Positions 52,968 through 64,000 of a DNA stretch of 64,000 nt are shown one piece after another. A program made the position numbers and the translations under genes. The notes beneath the pieces were generated by a model that searched no databases, was not told the DNA's origin, and saw only the letters and a program-made list of their open reading frames with translations. The stretch is from Paramoeba atlantica (taxonomy: Eukaryota > Protista > Discosea). Position 1 is the stretch's first letter. The number at the start of each line of letters is the position of its first letter. The stretch covers positions 372,001 through 436,000 of the forward strand of contig CDRNVI010000002.1 of the NCBI GenBank assembly GCA_977017575.1, read 5' to 3'.

Positions 52968-53700
52968 TTCGCGGAGTTGGTGGACGGGATGCCCGTTCGT
53001 AAGTTTGAGGAGTTGTTGACTGGGTTTCTGTGATTGTTTTTATTATATTGGCCAGGTACCTTGATAATTCGTCAGATAGATATAGTTTATTGGAAACTAA
53101 AAATAGTCGGGATGATTGGACTGAAACTTTCATTGAAGCGATATATTACTAGGAAAATTGGTTTTAACATGGTTTACTTTCATTATGATGCAGGGGAGAG
53201 AAGACGTTGATTTCTAGAAGTATACGTTTAGAAATTTAGGATGATTGACATAATGGCCCTTCGGGGCACATAATATTTATATTATAAATTGTTTTTACAG
53301 ATTGTGGCCCCGAAAGGGGCACCCGTTGTTAGATGTAATGAGATTTATAATTTAGTAGTACTCGGGATGAAGTAATATATATTGTTTTTGTGTATAGCGA
53401 CACTCCTTCTTTTACCCTTTTCAAATTGCGCCCACCCACCAACCCCCAACCATTTCGCGGAGTTGGTGGACGGGATGCCCGTTCGTAAGTTTGAGGAGTT
53501 GTTGACTGGGTTTCTGTGATTGTTTTTATTATATTGGCCAGGTACCTTGATAATTCGTCAGATAGATATAGTTTATTGGAAACTAAAAATAGTCGGGATG
53601 ATTGGACTGAAACTTTCATTGAAGCGATATTTTACTAGGAAAATTGGTTTTAACATGGTTTACTTTCATTATGATGCAGGGGAGAGAAGACGTTGATTTC
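52968..53700 (+). repeat. 486-bp AT-rich structured repeat unit X (53215-53700) preceded by a partial unit
   Basis: 52968-53214 matches the 3' half of 53215-53700; a third copy lies at 57192-57407 + 58435-58711. Confidence 0.9.
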
Positions 53701-54192
53701 TTGTACGAACTGAGCCCTCTGCCGTATGCCGCTCGGATGGATCTTCAGGAGTGGACCCAAAGTATGGTCAACAACACGCCCATTTACCCTCCCCCACGCC
53801 CCGATACGGTCCCGCACTGCCATACACTTTTTACAGATGCTTCGTCGCACGGGTGGGGAGCGGTGTTGTATTTGGATCATGGACAGGTTGTGATCGCAGG
53901 TGAAAAGTGGCCAGATGACTTTGATTACGAAGTTAATAAAGCAGAAGTAAGAGCTGTTTCGAAAGCTTTTCAAAAATTCGATCAGTACTTTCGGGGAGGT
54001 ACTTGTGTTAAACTATTCGTGGATAACACATCATGCGTGTCTGCAATAAATCGAAAAATTACTTCGTCAGACGGCATAGCAGAAGAGCTGCGAAAGATAT
54101 TGGACTTCTTAAACAGGAAAGACATGGCAGTTGACTGCTCGTATGTGCACACATTGAAGAATCCGGCCGATGCACTGAGCCGAGGGCTATGA
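53701..54192 (+). mobile_element. RNase H fragment of a third VIPER-like subfamily
   Basis: LFTDASSHGWGAVLY, EVNKAE, FVDN, NPADALSR. Confidence 0.85.
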
Positions 54193-54574
54193 TACAGAAG
54201 TAGTTGTCGAATTTTTTTTTCAATTAGTATTTTCAAAGCGTGAGGTTCACATCATTAGGATATAAATTTACAATACGTTTTTTTTTCATAATTAAAGAAT
54301 TTTATTTTTCTAAACGTACAAAAAGGAAGGGACAACCCTTTGTTCGTTTACAACAGAGATCATAATGTTTTTTTTATTATTATTAGCAAAATCGACATCG
54401 AACTGGCGTGCGGGATAAAAATTGTATAAGACTTGCGATCGGGTGGTCGCCGCCGAGGCTACCCGTTCGCTAGAGAATATGCAGTTCGATGGAAATATTG
54501 TTAATGGGGTACCCCTTTTTGATTTTAGCATAAGACGCATGTTTTTGCAGAAAAGTGATGATATACTCAGAAGA

Positions 54575-55206
54575 GATCAATAATGCTCACCTCCGAGAAC
54601 GCGATCACACACGTCACTGGGTGCGTCAAGTGCACGGGAAACAACGCCTCATCTAAACATCACGCAATGGTGAAACGTCTGCACGAGTTATGTGCGAAGG
54701 CAGGAATACCGTGCGAATTGGAACCGAGACACCTATCTTCTTACAAATGCGCAGCCTGCGGAGACACTATAGAAGGAGATCGAAAAGTGGAACACCAACG
54801 AACATGCGGCACGGCATCTTTCCATCGCTCCGGTCCTGACTTGGCTATACACTGGGCATCGGGCGTCATGTATTACGATTTCACCATTGTGCACGAACTT
54901 TCGCAATCAAACCTAAGTCGAACCGGAACCCAACTTATGAAGGACGCCATTTCTCGAAAGGTCAAAACTTACGTAGCATCCGGGTTACTGAATTCCAGCC
55001 AGTTCCAGTGTGTGCCGATACTATCCGGAGGGGCCATGCACACAAAAACAAAGCAACTAATACATGCTCTCGCCGATGCGTGCGGATATGAACGGAACAG
55101 CACGGTACAGGACTTCACACTACGTCTCCAGGAATTGAACGGAGCCGTGGCCCTTTCCCAGCTGAAAAAATATTTGGTTTCACCCCTAGATGAAGATTCC
55201 TTCTAG
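54575..55206 (+). mobile_element. CRE C-terminal (knuckle/REL) fragment
   Basis: HVTGCVKC, SSKH, SGPD, YDFTIVHE, ends DEDSF*. Confidence 0.85.
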
Positions 55207-55296
55207 TGCTGCGTATGAAATTGTATTTGCTGATTTACTTCTATGTTTGGAGACTACAACAACAACTACATGGCTGTTTTAGAAACAAAAAAAAAC

Positions 55297-58200
55297 ACGG
55301 AGTTTAACGAATTGTTTGCGAAGAAAAGGAGATCTCTTCGACATCAGATACACTGCACGAAACGCTTGCAAGTTCAGAAGCAAACTCCTTTCCAGACCCC
55401 AATTCGTGCAACAAGGCCATTGTTCAACGTTGGGCAGGGTCAATTGATCCGGCTTTTAGCTTTCCAGTTGCGACGGATATGCTATGGGAAAGATCGAAAA
55501 ACGCGAGGCCAAAAGAAGAATGCCTACTGGCGTAGAGCTTTGATAACCAAGCGCTTCTAAATATATCTCACGGAACTGTAAAATCAATAAAAAAACGTGC
55601 TGGAGTTGGAAAGCTATCGATGTCTTACGAAGGAATCGTGGGGCATAAGGTTGGAAGTAAATTCGATGGTTTCCTACCGCCGCATCCGAACGTTCGCGTC
55701 TATGAAATATTTTGGCTAAAACATACAAAACAACCTGAGATCGGGATGCACCAAGAACTGCGAACCAGGACACATACAGAAGAAGATTTGGATAAGAACC
55801 CCATGCCCACCATGCGGATAATTCCTGCGGAATTTGTGCCATGCGTAATTGCAATTTATCGTGACATCGTCCGCGACTACGCCGATTCATCATATGAACA
55901 ACGAAATCGAATTTGGAATTGCATTCTATCTGCTATGAAGCACTCCCTGGCTACCATCCGCGACTTGAGCGGGAAAAAAAGGCGACGACGTCCTTTACCT
56001 GATTCTGTTGCAGGAGAAGAAAATAACGGGAAAAGCACGAGCGACACTGATGATACCAGAGCGATGAAAAAGGCAACAAAATTGGCTCTTGAAGGATGTG
56101 TGTCCAAAGCCACCCGTGTACTGGACCAGGAAGTCAAACAGTCATCACTAAGAGATGAAGAGAAGATGGAACAACTCCAACGATTGCACCCGCAAATTCC
56201 GGTGACGTTCGGGCTCCCTGCGGATGCACCGAAGATAGCTTGCATTGATCCTCACGAATTACGAGAAGCCGGGAAAAGACTAGCCAAAGGATCCTCACCT
56301 GGCCCAATCGGAACAACCGACACCATCGTCCGATTACTCTTAGATGATGAAATATGCTGTACGAGTCTGTGTCACATGATGCGCGACCTCATTAACGGGT
56401 TGCTCTCCAAAGAAGTTATGAAACGTCTGCGCAGAGCACGGTTAATAGCACTTCCGAAAAAGGCAGACGCAGTGCGTCCTATCGCGATGGGGGAAATATT
56501 TCTGAAACTAGCTGGACTTGTGTTGCTATTGCGAAATGAGCACTCGTTTGAAAGTTTGTTTCTTCCGATGCAGCACGGCGTTATGAGTAAAGCAGGATGT
56601 GAGACCATTGTGCACGAGCTCAACCGTAGATACCTTGAGGGCAACGCTATCCTTACCTTAGATTTAAAGAATGCTTTCAATAGCCCTTCAAGAGATGAGA
56701 TTGCGAAGGCTGTATTTGCGTTCCATACTCTCCGTCCGTTCCAACGGTTCTTCACTGCAGAGTATGGTGATGCGTCAGAACTGCTCTTCTACGGAAAAAA
56801 TGGTGAGCTTTTCGGGACTGTCAACAGTGCGGCTGGCGTGAGGCAAGGTTCTCCCTTATCGTCCTTATATTTCTGCACGCTCCTCCAACCCATTCTCGAG
56901 TCAATAGCGCAGGATTTCCCGACGATTCGCATATATGCATATGTGGACGATATTAACTTAACATCCCCAGATACGAATCTTCTCCAACAGGCGTACCATA
57001 AGTTGAAGGAAATGCTTGCCAAGCAAAACATTATTATGGCACCAGAGAAATGCATTTGGTTTGGAGGCATCCATAAGCTAGAAAATCCCGATGGTCTGCG
57101 TTCAGAAGGAATTAAAACCGAACACGAAGCAATAAAACTACTAGGGGCATATGTAGGAGAAACAAGCAAAGCAAGTGCACTCCTTCTAGAATAGAAGTAT
57201 ATTTTTAGAAATTTAGGATGATTGACATAATGGACCTTCGGGGCACATAATATTTATATTATGATTTGTTTTTACAGATTGTGGCCCCGAAAGGGGCACC
57301 CGTTGTTAGATGTAATGAGATTTATAATTTAGTAGTACTCGGGATGAAGTAATATATATTGTTTTTGTGTATAGCGACACTCCTTCTTTTACCCTTTTCA
57401 AATTGCGTTATGACCAGCATTCTTAATACTGTTCGTCGCACGCTGTCGATGGGGAGGCCACAGAGTCCTATACGAGAAGATCCGGCATCTCCCAACCCTG
57501 TCGATCCGAGTCTGCAATACGGGGGACAACGTACGACGCTGAACCCGGAGCAAGTGGCGGCTTTGCTTAGGGGGGGAACAGGCTCTGCAGCGATGTCTGA
57601 CGAGGATAAGGCGGAATTCGCGCAAAAAGTCCGGACTTTGATCCTTAAGGGTTACGATGTGTCTGTAGAAGCCGTGTGGGGTCACCATGGGGATGCAGTG
57701 CGCGAAACTGTGATTGGCAACGTTCGTCTGAAATCCGACGATTCAGGAGGCATTGAAGCCATTTGGAACGATGATCCCGGCATGGCATACGACTTTCCTT
57801 TTCCAGACATCGAATATTATTCGTTGGAAATTACCCGGGTGCGAGCAAAGATGCCTGGAGGGCGCAAAGCGGACGAAGAACCTAAGACTCCTAATGCGCC
57901 TATCACCGATCCGGCTCGTTTCACCGCAAACGATCCTCTAACATGGGGCCCGTGGCTAGAATCCGAGGATGAGTTACGCGTACGAGACCTTATCCGTGAT
58001 TTACGCGTCCATCCTGAACTTGGTTTGTTACTGAACGCTCCTCCTATCCGTGAACGTCTATTTAAAATAGTCCAAGAGTGGATCCAAGCGGCACGAGTTT
58101 TTCCCCTATGGCGAGAGGAACATTTTCTCGAAATCGTACGCACAGCCATCGAAGAACTGCGAAACCACTATTGGGCCTCATCCGGAATTCAAGTCGAACG

Positions 58201-60326
58201 TGTACAATTAAAACTCCACAAGGATGATGACACTAAGGATGCGTACTCGAAGGCAGTTGCGGAGGAAAAGCTGCGCCACATGAGTGTTTCAAAAATCGCC
58301 ACTAATCCCCCGGCCTTTCTTTGCTATTGATGCCACAAGCCAGGTCACTTTCGCGCCAACTGCCCATTAAATCAATCTTCTACTCGTTCGACCCCGGGTT
58401 TTCGGGGCGGGGTGACGAGCGGCACAACAGGTGCAATTGCGCCCACCCACCAACCCCCAACCATTTCGCGGAGTTGGTGGACGGGATGCCCGTTCGTAAG
58501 TTTGAGGAGTTGTTGACTGGGTTTCTGTGATTGTTTTTATTATATTGGCCAGGTACCTTGATAATTCGTCAGATAGATATAGTTTATTGGAAACTAAAAA
58601 TAGTCGGGATGCTTGGACTGAAACTTTCATTGAAGCGATATATTACTAGGAAAATTGGTTTTAACATGGTTTACTTTCATTATGATGCAGGGGAGAGGAG
58701 ACGTTGATTTCAAACTAGAAAAACATAGAACCATCTTCCGCCGTCTCAAAAAAATGGGTGCGAACAACATCACTATGCTCCTAATCGCGCGATGCGTAAA
58801 CGTTAGACACAGATATCATATCAGGGTGCACCGTCCCGAAGAATGCTTTGCACTTTCCAAGGAATTTGACAAAGAGGTAGAAAATGTTTTAAAAACCTGG
58901 CTTGGGCCACTTGATGAAAATCAAATACCACTGGCAAGATTACCTGTCAAAATGGGCGGTCTTGGCCTGACCTCCTCGGTACTGCTTCGCAAATCGGCTT
59001 ATGAGGCTTCGCAGCATGCTGCTCTTGAACGACTAAACTCTTTTTCAGTTCGGGCGGCAGCTCCAAAACCTCCTCAGCCAATTGGAAATGCAGAAGAAGG
59101 CAGCGCACGACCACCAAGCGATGAATATGTAACCGAAGCTATCCTGAACAAAGGAATACGTGACACTCTTGAGAACTTGTGAAAGTAATCTGCGTATTCA
59201 ATTTAGTTCAATACACATGAATATTTCAGCACGTAAACCATAATATTTTATTATATACCAAGGAAAGTGTTTATATCCACGTTTAAAAAGTTTTTTAGAG
59301 GGAGGCTATTGAAGTAGTTTCCCATTCGTTAGTACTGTGAGAAAATGAATTATAGTAGCGCTACTAAGTGACATATGTTGTTTTACTTTATACTTTATAT
59401 ATTGATGTACAAACATATTCGATGGATTTGACGAAGGGTAGGATTACATTAATGTATTTTACACTTGATTTGAGTTTTTCAATCTTCACGAATACAATTT
59501 ATACGAATGCGCTGATTAAATGAAGGACAACAAATTGGCCCCCATTATTCGTTCGTCAAATGAAAAAGGGAATTCGCAGTGGATTCACGCTAGTTCGCGA
59601 CTAGTTCCATCAAAACTCCTCACCTTAGCTCTTATGCCGCGTCTCGGAATTGCTCACGAAAAATTGCCAGAAAATCTCCAGTGCCCAGGGTGTAGGATTA
59701 CCTTGAGCGCAGCGTCTGCCATGTCGCATGTATCCGGATGTGTGAAATGCCCCGGGAACAACACAACCATGAAACATAACGCTCTAGTCAGAAGAATTTA
59801 TAATCTATGCTTGAAAGCTGGCATTCCGTGTGAGCGAGAACCCCGACAATTTACTTCATACAAGTGTTCTTCTTGTGGAGATATTATGGATTGCGGGCGG
59901 AAGCGGGAACATCAACAAATCTGTAAAGACGACGTAATGCACAGATCCGGGCCGGATTTAGCCATCTACTGGGCATCTGGGGAAGTGTACTACGACCTGA
60001 CTGTCGTGCATGAGCTGGCTCTTTCTAACCTGGGCAAGCGTGGAAGTGCACTAATGAAAGAAGCCTTGCTTAGGAAACGACAGACATACGTGAACACAGG
60101 GCTGATCACCTCCGATAAGTTCCAGTGCCTCCCAATCCTCTCCGGAGGATCAATGCATGAAAACCTTAAAATCCTGCTCAAGAGCCTGGCTGACGCTGGC
60201 GGTGTATCTCGCGAAACAACGCTACAAGATTTCACTTTGCACCTGCAAGAGCTCAACGGCACAGTGACTTTCTCCCAACTTAGAAAGTACCTGGCGGACC
60301 AGCACACAATGGAATACGGATTTTAG
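55297..60326 (+). mobile_element. CRE copy C (55297-57191 + 58712-59179 + 59523-60326), split by two inserts
   Basis: Coding pieces rejoin as LLLE|KLEKH and TLENL|KDNK; QGSPLS, YVDD, CPGC, SGPD, ends MEYGF*. Confidence 0.88.
57408..58434 (+). mobile_element. gag-only duplicate of VIPER-like copy 2, inside repeat X
   Basis: Near-identical to 48916-49942; CGA>TGA in the knuckle at 58328; AATTGCG on both sides. Confidence 0.9.
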
Positions 60327-60435
60327 CTTTTCTGGTTTTAGTATCCCGGGTTTTTGATAACCGGCTCTGGGGCTTCGTGTTCTTGGGTTCTTTGTATTAA
60401 GATCATCATTCGTCGAAAAGTTAGAACAAAAAAAA

Positions 60436-61880
60436 ATACTGAACGCACGGAAAATGAAAATCAAAAAAAATTCTTGGATGTTCCACAAAAGTCCTTGACT
60501 TATGCAAAAGTCCTTGATTTCCACCGTAAATTTCCGTTCGTTGAGTACTCAACGAAAATCCTTGTTTACCCCTTCCGCAGGATTGTCGCTCAAAATATGT
60601 ATATGGATCAGTCAAAAACGCTTCGATGAAGATAAACTGAAGAAACGGTGAAATTCCTCTACGAGCCTTCACAAAACACTTCGATGAAGCACCAAAAAAG
60701 TCAAAATGTCTATATGGATCCGCGAAAAACGTTTGCGTGAAGATTTGAAAAAATAAAAAAAAAGTCAAAAACAACTCGGAACTGTGGAGAATTGTACACT
60801 TTCGATGAAGCACATCGAAAGTTGTACACTTTCGATGAATCTTCATCGAAGGTGTTTTTGACTTTTTTTGACTTTTTTAACTTTTTGTTTTTGAACGAAT
60901 TTTTCCATTGGCTGTTGAAAACACGTTGCATGAAACATATAATTTCATTTTAATTTCAATAATTTTTTGTTTTTTTGTCTGAATTCTGACTTTCCGTTTT
61001 CTTTCACATTTTGGCTTGGGGGTACGTTCGTTGATTTCTCAACGAACGTACCCTGTGACCGTAAAAAATCTGCAGGACCTTAGAGGGAGGAGGAAGAAAG
61101 GCCCAACTGATAACTACTTGATAATCTTGATAATCTTGACCAACTACCTTGATAACAAATTTTAGTACCCATTCGTGGGAAGCAATTTGCGAAGCCCAAC
61201 TACCTTGATAACAAATTTTAGTACCCATTTTGGCCGCGCGGGGGCCCCCGCGTGAGCGGGGGTGCGCGCGGCCGCGAAACGGCGAGGGCCCGCGTGAGCG
61301 GGCCTGAGCCGTACCCCGCGTAGGGTTCCCCTGTGCGTCGTTAGTGGGAAGCAATTTGCGAAGCTCACTGAATTTCGTAGTTTTCGCTACGCAGGCGTTG
61401 TCAACGTATATAGCGAAGTGTAGGATACTGAACGCACGGAAAATGAAAATCAAAAAAAAATTCTTGGATGTTCCACAAAAGTCCTTGACTTATGCAAAAG
61501 TCCTTGATTTCCACCGTGAATTTCCGTTCGTTGAGTACTCAACGAAAATCCGGCACTTCGTTGAGTACTCAACGAAAATCCTGTGTTTACCCCTTCCGCA
61601 GGATTGTCGCTCAAAATATGTATATGGATCAGTCAAAAACGCTTCGATGAAGATAAACTGAAGAAACGGTGAAATTCCTCTACGAGCCTTCACAAAACAC
61701 TTCGATGATGCACCAAAAAAGTCAAAATGTCTATATGGATCCGCGGAAAACGTTTGCGTGAAGATTTGAAAAAATAAAAAAAAAGTCAAAAACACCTTCG
61801 ATGAAGATTCATCGAAAGTGTACAACTTTCAATGTGCTTCATCGAAAGTTGTACACTTTCGATGAAGCTTCATCGAAGGT
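60436..61880. repeat. ~450-bp direct duplication (period 989) rich in TTCGATGAA/TTCATCGAA palindromes around a GC-rich hairpin core
   Basis: 60436 and 61425 begin identical blocks; 15-bp perfect stem at 61020-61053. Confidence 0.85.
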
Positions 61881-61889
61881 CCCCCCTAC

Positions 61890-62525
61890 CCAAATATTTT
61901 CCGTCGACGCGAGAAGAAAGCTCCAGTAAACGAGGAGTTTAACGATACTACACCAACAAGTTCCTCAACCGTGGAGAAAGCAACTGCCGATTCCTCGCAC
62001 CCTGATGCTCAGACGAATGGCACCCCGGCGCCCACCATTCAGCTACAACCGGAAGATCAATTCAGGGACTGCGAGTCTCCTTTGATGGAGGTGCCAAGAG
62101 ATGCTCTGAACGATTTTTCAATCCAAGAAGGAAAACAAAGTGAGGAGGAGATCGTAGAGAGCTTCCTAACCACAGTTAATCCAACTGTCAACTTTCCCAT
62201 TCCGCCGGACCAAATTTGGGAGGAAGCTCAGGGTACCGAACCAGGTGACACATGTCTTATCGCTTGGAGTTTCGATCGCACACCAAAGTTAAATGTCTCG
62301 AAAGGAATCGTAACGCTGATGCGGAAACGTGGGAGCAGGAGTAAGATAACGTTAAGCTATTCCGGCATACATGGAAACAAGAGGGGAGAAACGTTCTCGG
62401 GGCACCTCCCACCGCATGCGAATGTACGCGTCTTTCAAATAGTATGGACCAAGTTATCATGTTCCCCCGCCCCAAAATCTAAGAATGCCGCATGCGTGCA
62501 CACGGAACAAGATTTGGACTATGAA
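61890..62525 (+). mobile_element. CRE N-terminal fragment
   Basis: FPIPPDQIW..GDTCLIAWSFD..VSKGIV..LPPHANVRVFQIVW, shared with other CRE copies. Confidence 0.85.
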
Positions 62526-63330
62526 CCTTGTTGTACCTTGTTGATTTTTTTTCCTACTCTTTTTCCGAGAAATGGGCATGCTCACGCGTGCCAGGGCGAA
62601 GGATACGGGGATAGCTCCCGTCGTCCAGTTGCTTCCCCCCACACGCCGGAAGAAGAAAACCCCTCAGGAAGGGGGCTCATCGGCTGCGCCGCCCGATACA
62701 GCAACGCCGCCTTCCCCGACCGCTGCGCCGTTTGCTGCCTCGCCCCCTTCCTCTGCTATCCCATCCGCTGCGCCGCCCGATGCAGCAACGCCGCCTTCCC
62801 CGCACGCTGCGCGGTTTGCTGCCTCGCCCCCTTCCTCTGCAACGTCTTCTGCGCCGCCTCCTTCCGCTGCGCCGCCCTCTTCCCCCGCTGCGACTAATGC
62901 GCCCACTTCTTCTTCCGATGCGCCGAATGCTGGGCCGCTTTTTCCCTCCGCTGCGCCGAATGCTGTTCCCCCTCCTTCTTCTGCTGCGCCGTCTTCTCCA
63001 GATGTACCGTCTGTTGCTCCGCACTCTCCGCCATCAACACGACCAAGCATGCATACCTCATCGCGAAGAGCGAGAATGAGAGCATTGAGTTTAGCGACCG
63101 GGAAGGAGGACGCATTCCCACGGGCAAAAGTATCTCATCCTTCGCCACCGACATTACCCCTTCCCTTGCCCCTCCCGGTAACGACGCCGTGTCCAGTCAA
63201 ATCAGCGTCAAACGAATCAGGAATTACGTCATACGAATCAGTGTCATTGCCGGCGAATGCGGGTACATGCGCAGACGAAGTCCCGCTAGGAGAATCGAAG
63301 GAAGCAGGAAAGTGGTGCATTCGCATTACA
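62525..63330 (+). mobile_element. 5' end of a CRE element with tandem SL remnants
   Basis: ACCTTGTTG TACCTTGTTG + pyrimidine UTR + MGMLTRARAKDTGIAPVVQ..PPTRRKKK, then Pro/Ala/Ser repeats. Confidence 0.8.
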
Positions 63331-63569
63331 CCCCCGTTCCCCTGTTTTGCCCGGTATTATGTGATAAAAAAAAGTTTCTATTTGGGTCTAAAGAGTGGTT
63401 TTTCGGCATAATTAGGTGATGCCCTACCAGGGAAAAATATGCCTATAGTTAAACAGCATGCGATAAACGTGGGAGGAAGGGCAAAAATCTGAGAATTTGC
63501 TCATCTGGGCAGTGAAAAAAATCCTGTGAAACTTTTCAAAAAATCTCATCTTCAAGTAAAATAACTCGG

Positions 63570-63960
63570 TTTGATAGGAAAGGCAGATCCGAGGAGTCTG
63601 CAGGCCATCCTGGGAGAGTGTGAGAGCCTCCTCTTTGGTTTAGGTGGGGGAGATTTCATCATCAAAGCTCGTGTCTTGTCAAAAGACGTGTCATTTCTTG
63701 ACCCCCGTTTCGAGTATATTCGTCGTAAAAAGATTTGAATTCACACCAGTGATGGAGGAAATTCCCGTCGACATCCATAGCGCCCCATAACATTATTTGA
63801 GGTGGATGGTCCGTGCGGGATTTGGATACTGGGGAATCCGAACTGAGAAGTCGTAATGAGGTCAATCAGGTTCATTTGCTCCCCTGTTTGCTCCATAGGG
63901 GGTTCCGAATTTTGCATCCTAGTCACGAATGATTCAAAAGATTCACCTTCCTCCCTCATA
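63570..63960 (-). pseudogene. Degenerate Tc1-like transposase remnant
   Basis: HPPQIMLWGAM..DG and GWPADSSDL on the minus strand. Confidence 0.6.
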
Positions 63961-64000
63961 TGACCTAGGGAAGCTGCATACGCTTCGACGCCCTTTTCTT

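Noticed and set aside
53000-53330. Hammerhead ribozyme at the X junction (ends UUC)
   Set aside because: No CUGANGA/GAAA core with compatible stems on either strand.
13382-58330. Stop-codon reassignment (Blastocrithidia-type code)
   Set aside because: In-frame stops align to different residues (K, L, E, W, R), several are single-base changes, and intact ORFs end normally in TAA/TAG.

Overview
Eukaryotic, transposon-dominated window, most likely from a euglenozoan (kinetoplastid-like) protist. The evidence is a spliced-leader (SL)-like sequence (CTTTAACGATAAAGATACAGTTTCTGTACCTTGTTG) seen at several 5' junctions, plus CRE-clade and VIPER/TATE-like retroelements. Contents from left to right: two divergent R2-group (HERO/NeSL-like) non-LTR elements embedded in (TG)n, one with an intact 1501-aa ORF carrying five unusual Cys/His fingers; a train of Tc1-like DNA transposons (DD32E and DD35E spacing) in one (TA)n tract; a CRE-like element with three 2A-like peptides and AT-hooks; one probable host gene; a tyrosine-recombinase (YR) pseudogene; an SL-capped LsmAD retrocopy; a nested mosaic of CRE copies; two gag-YR-RT/RNaseH elements with apparent -1 frameshift/overlap expression; a 486-bp structured repeat; and a palindrome-rich duplication. 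No rRNA, tRNA or CRISPR locus is supported. All family assignments come from motif recognition without database searches. Some frameshifts could be long-read homopolymer errors.
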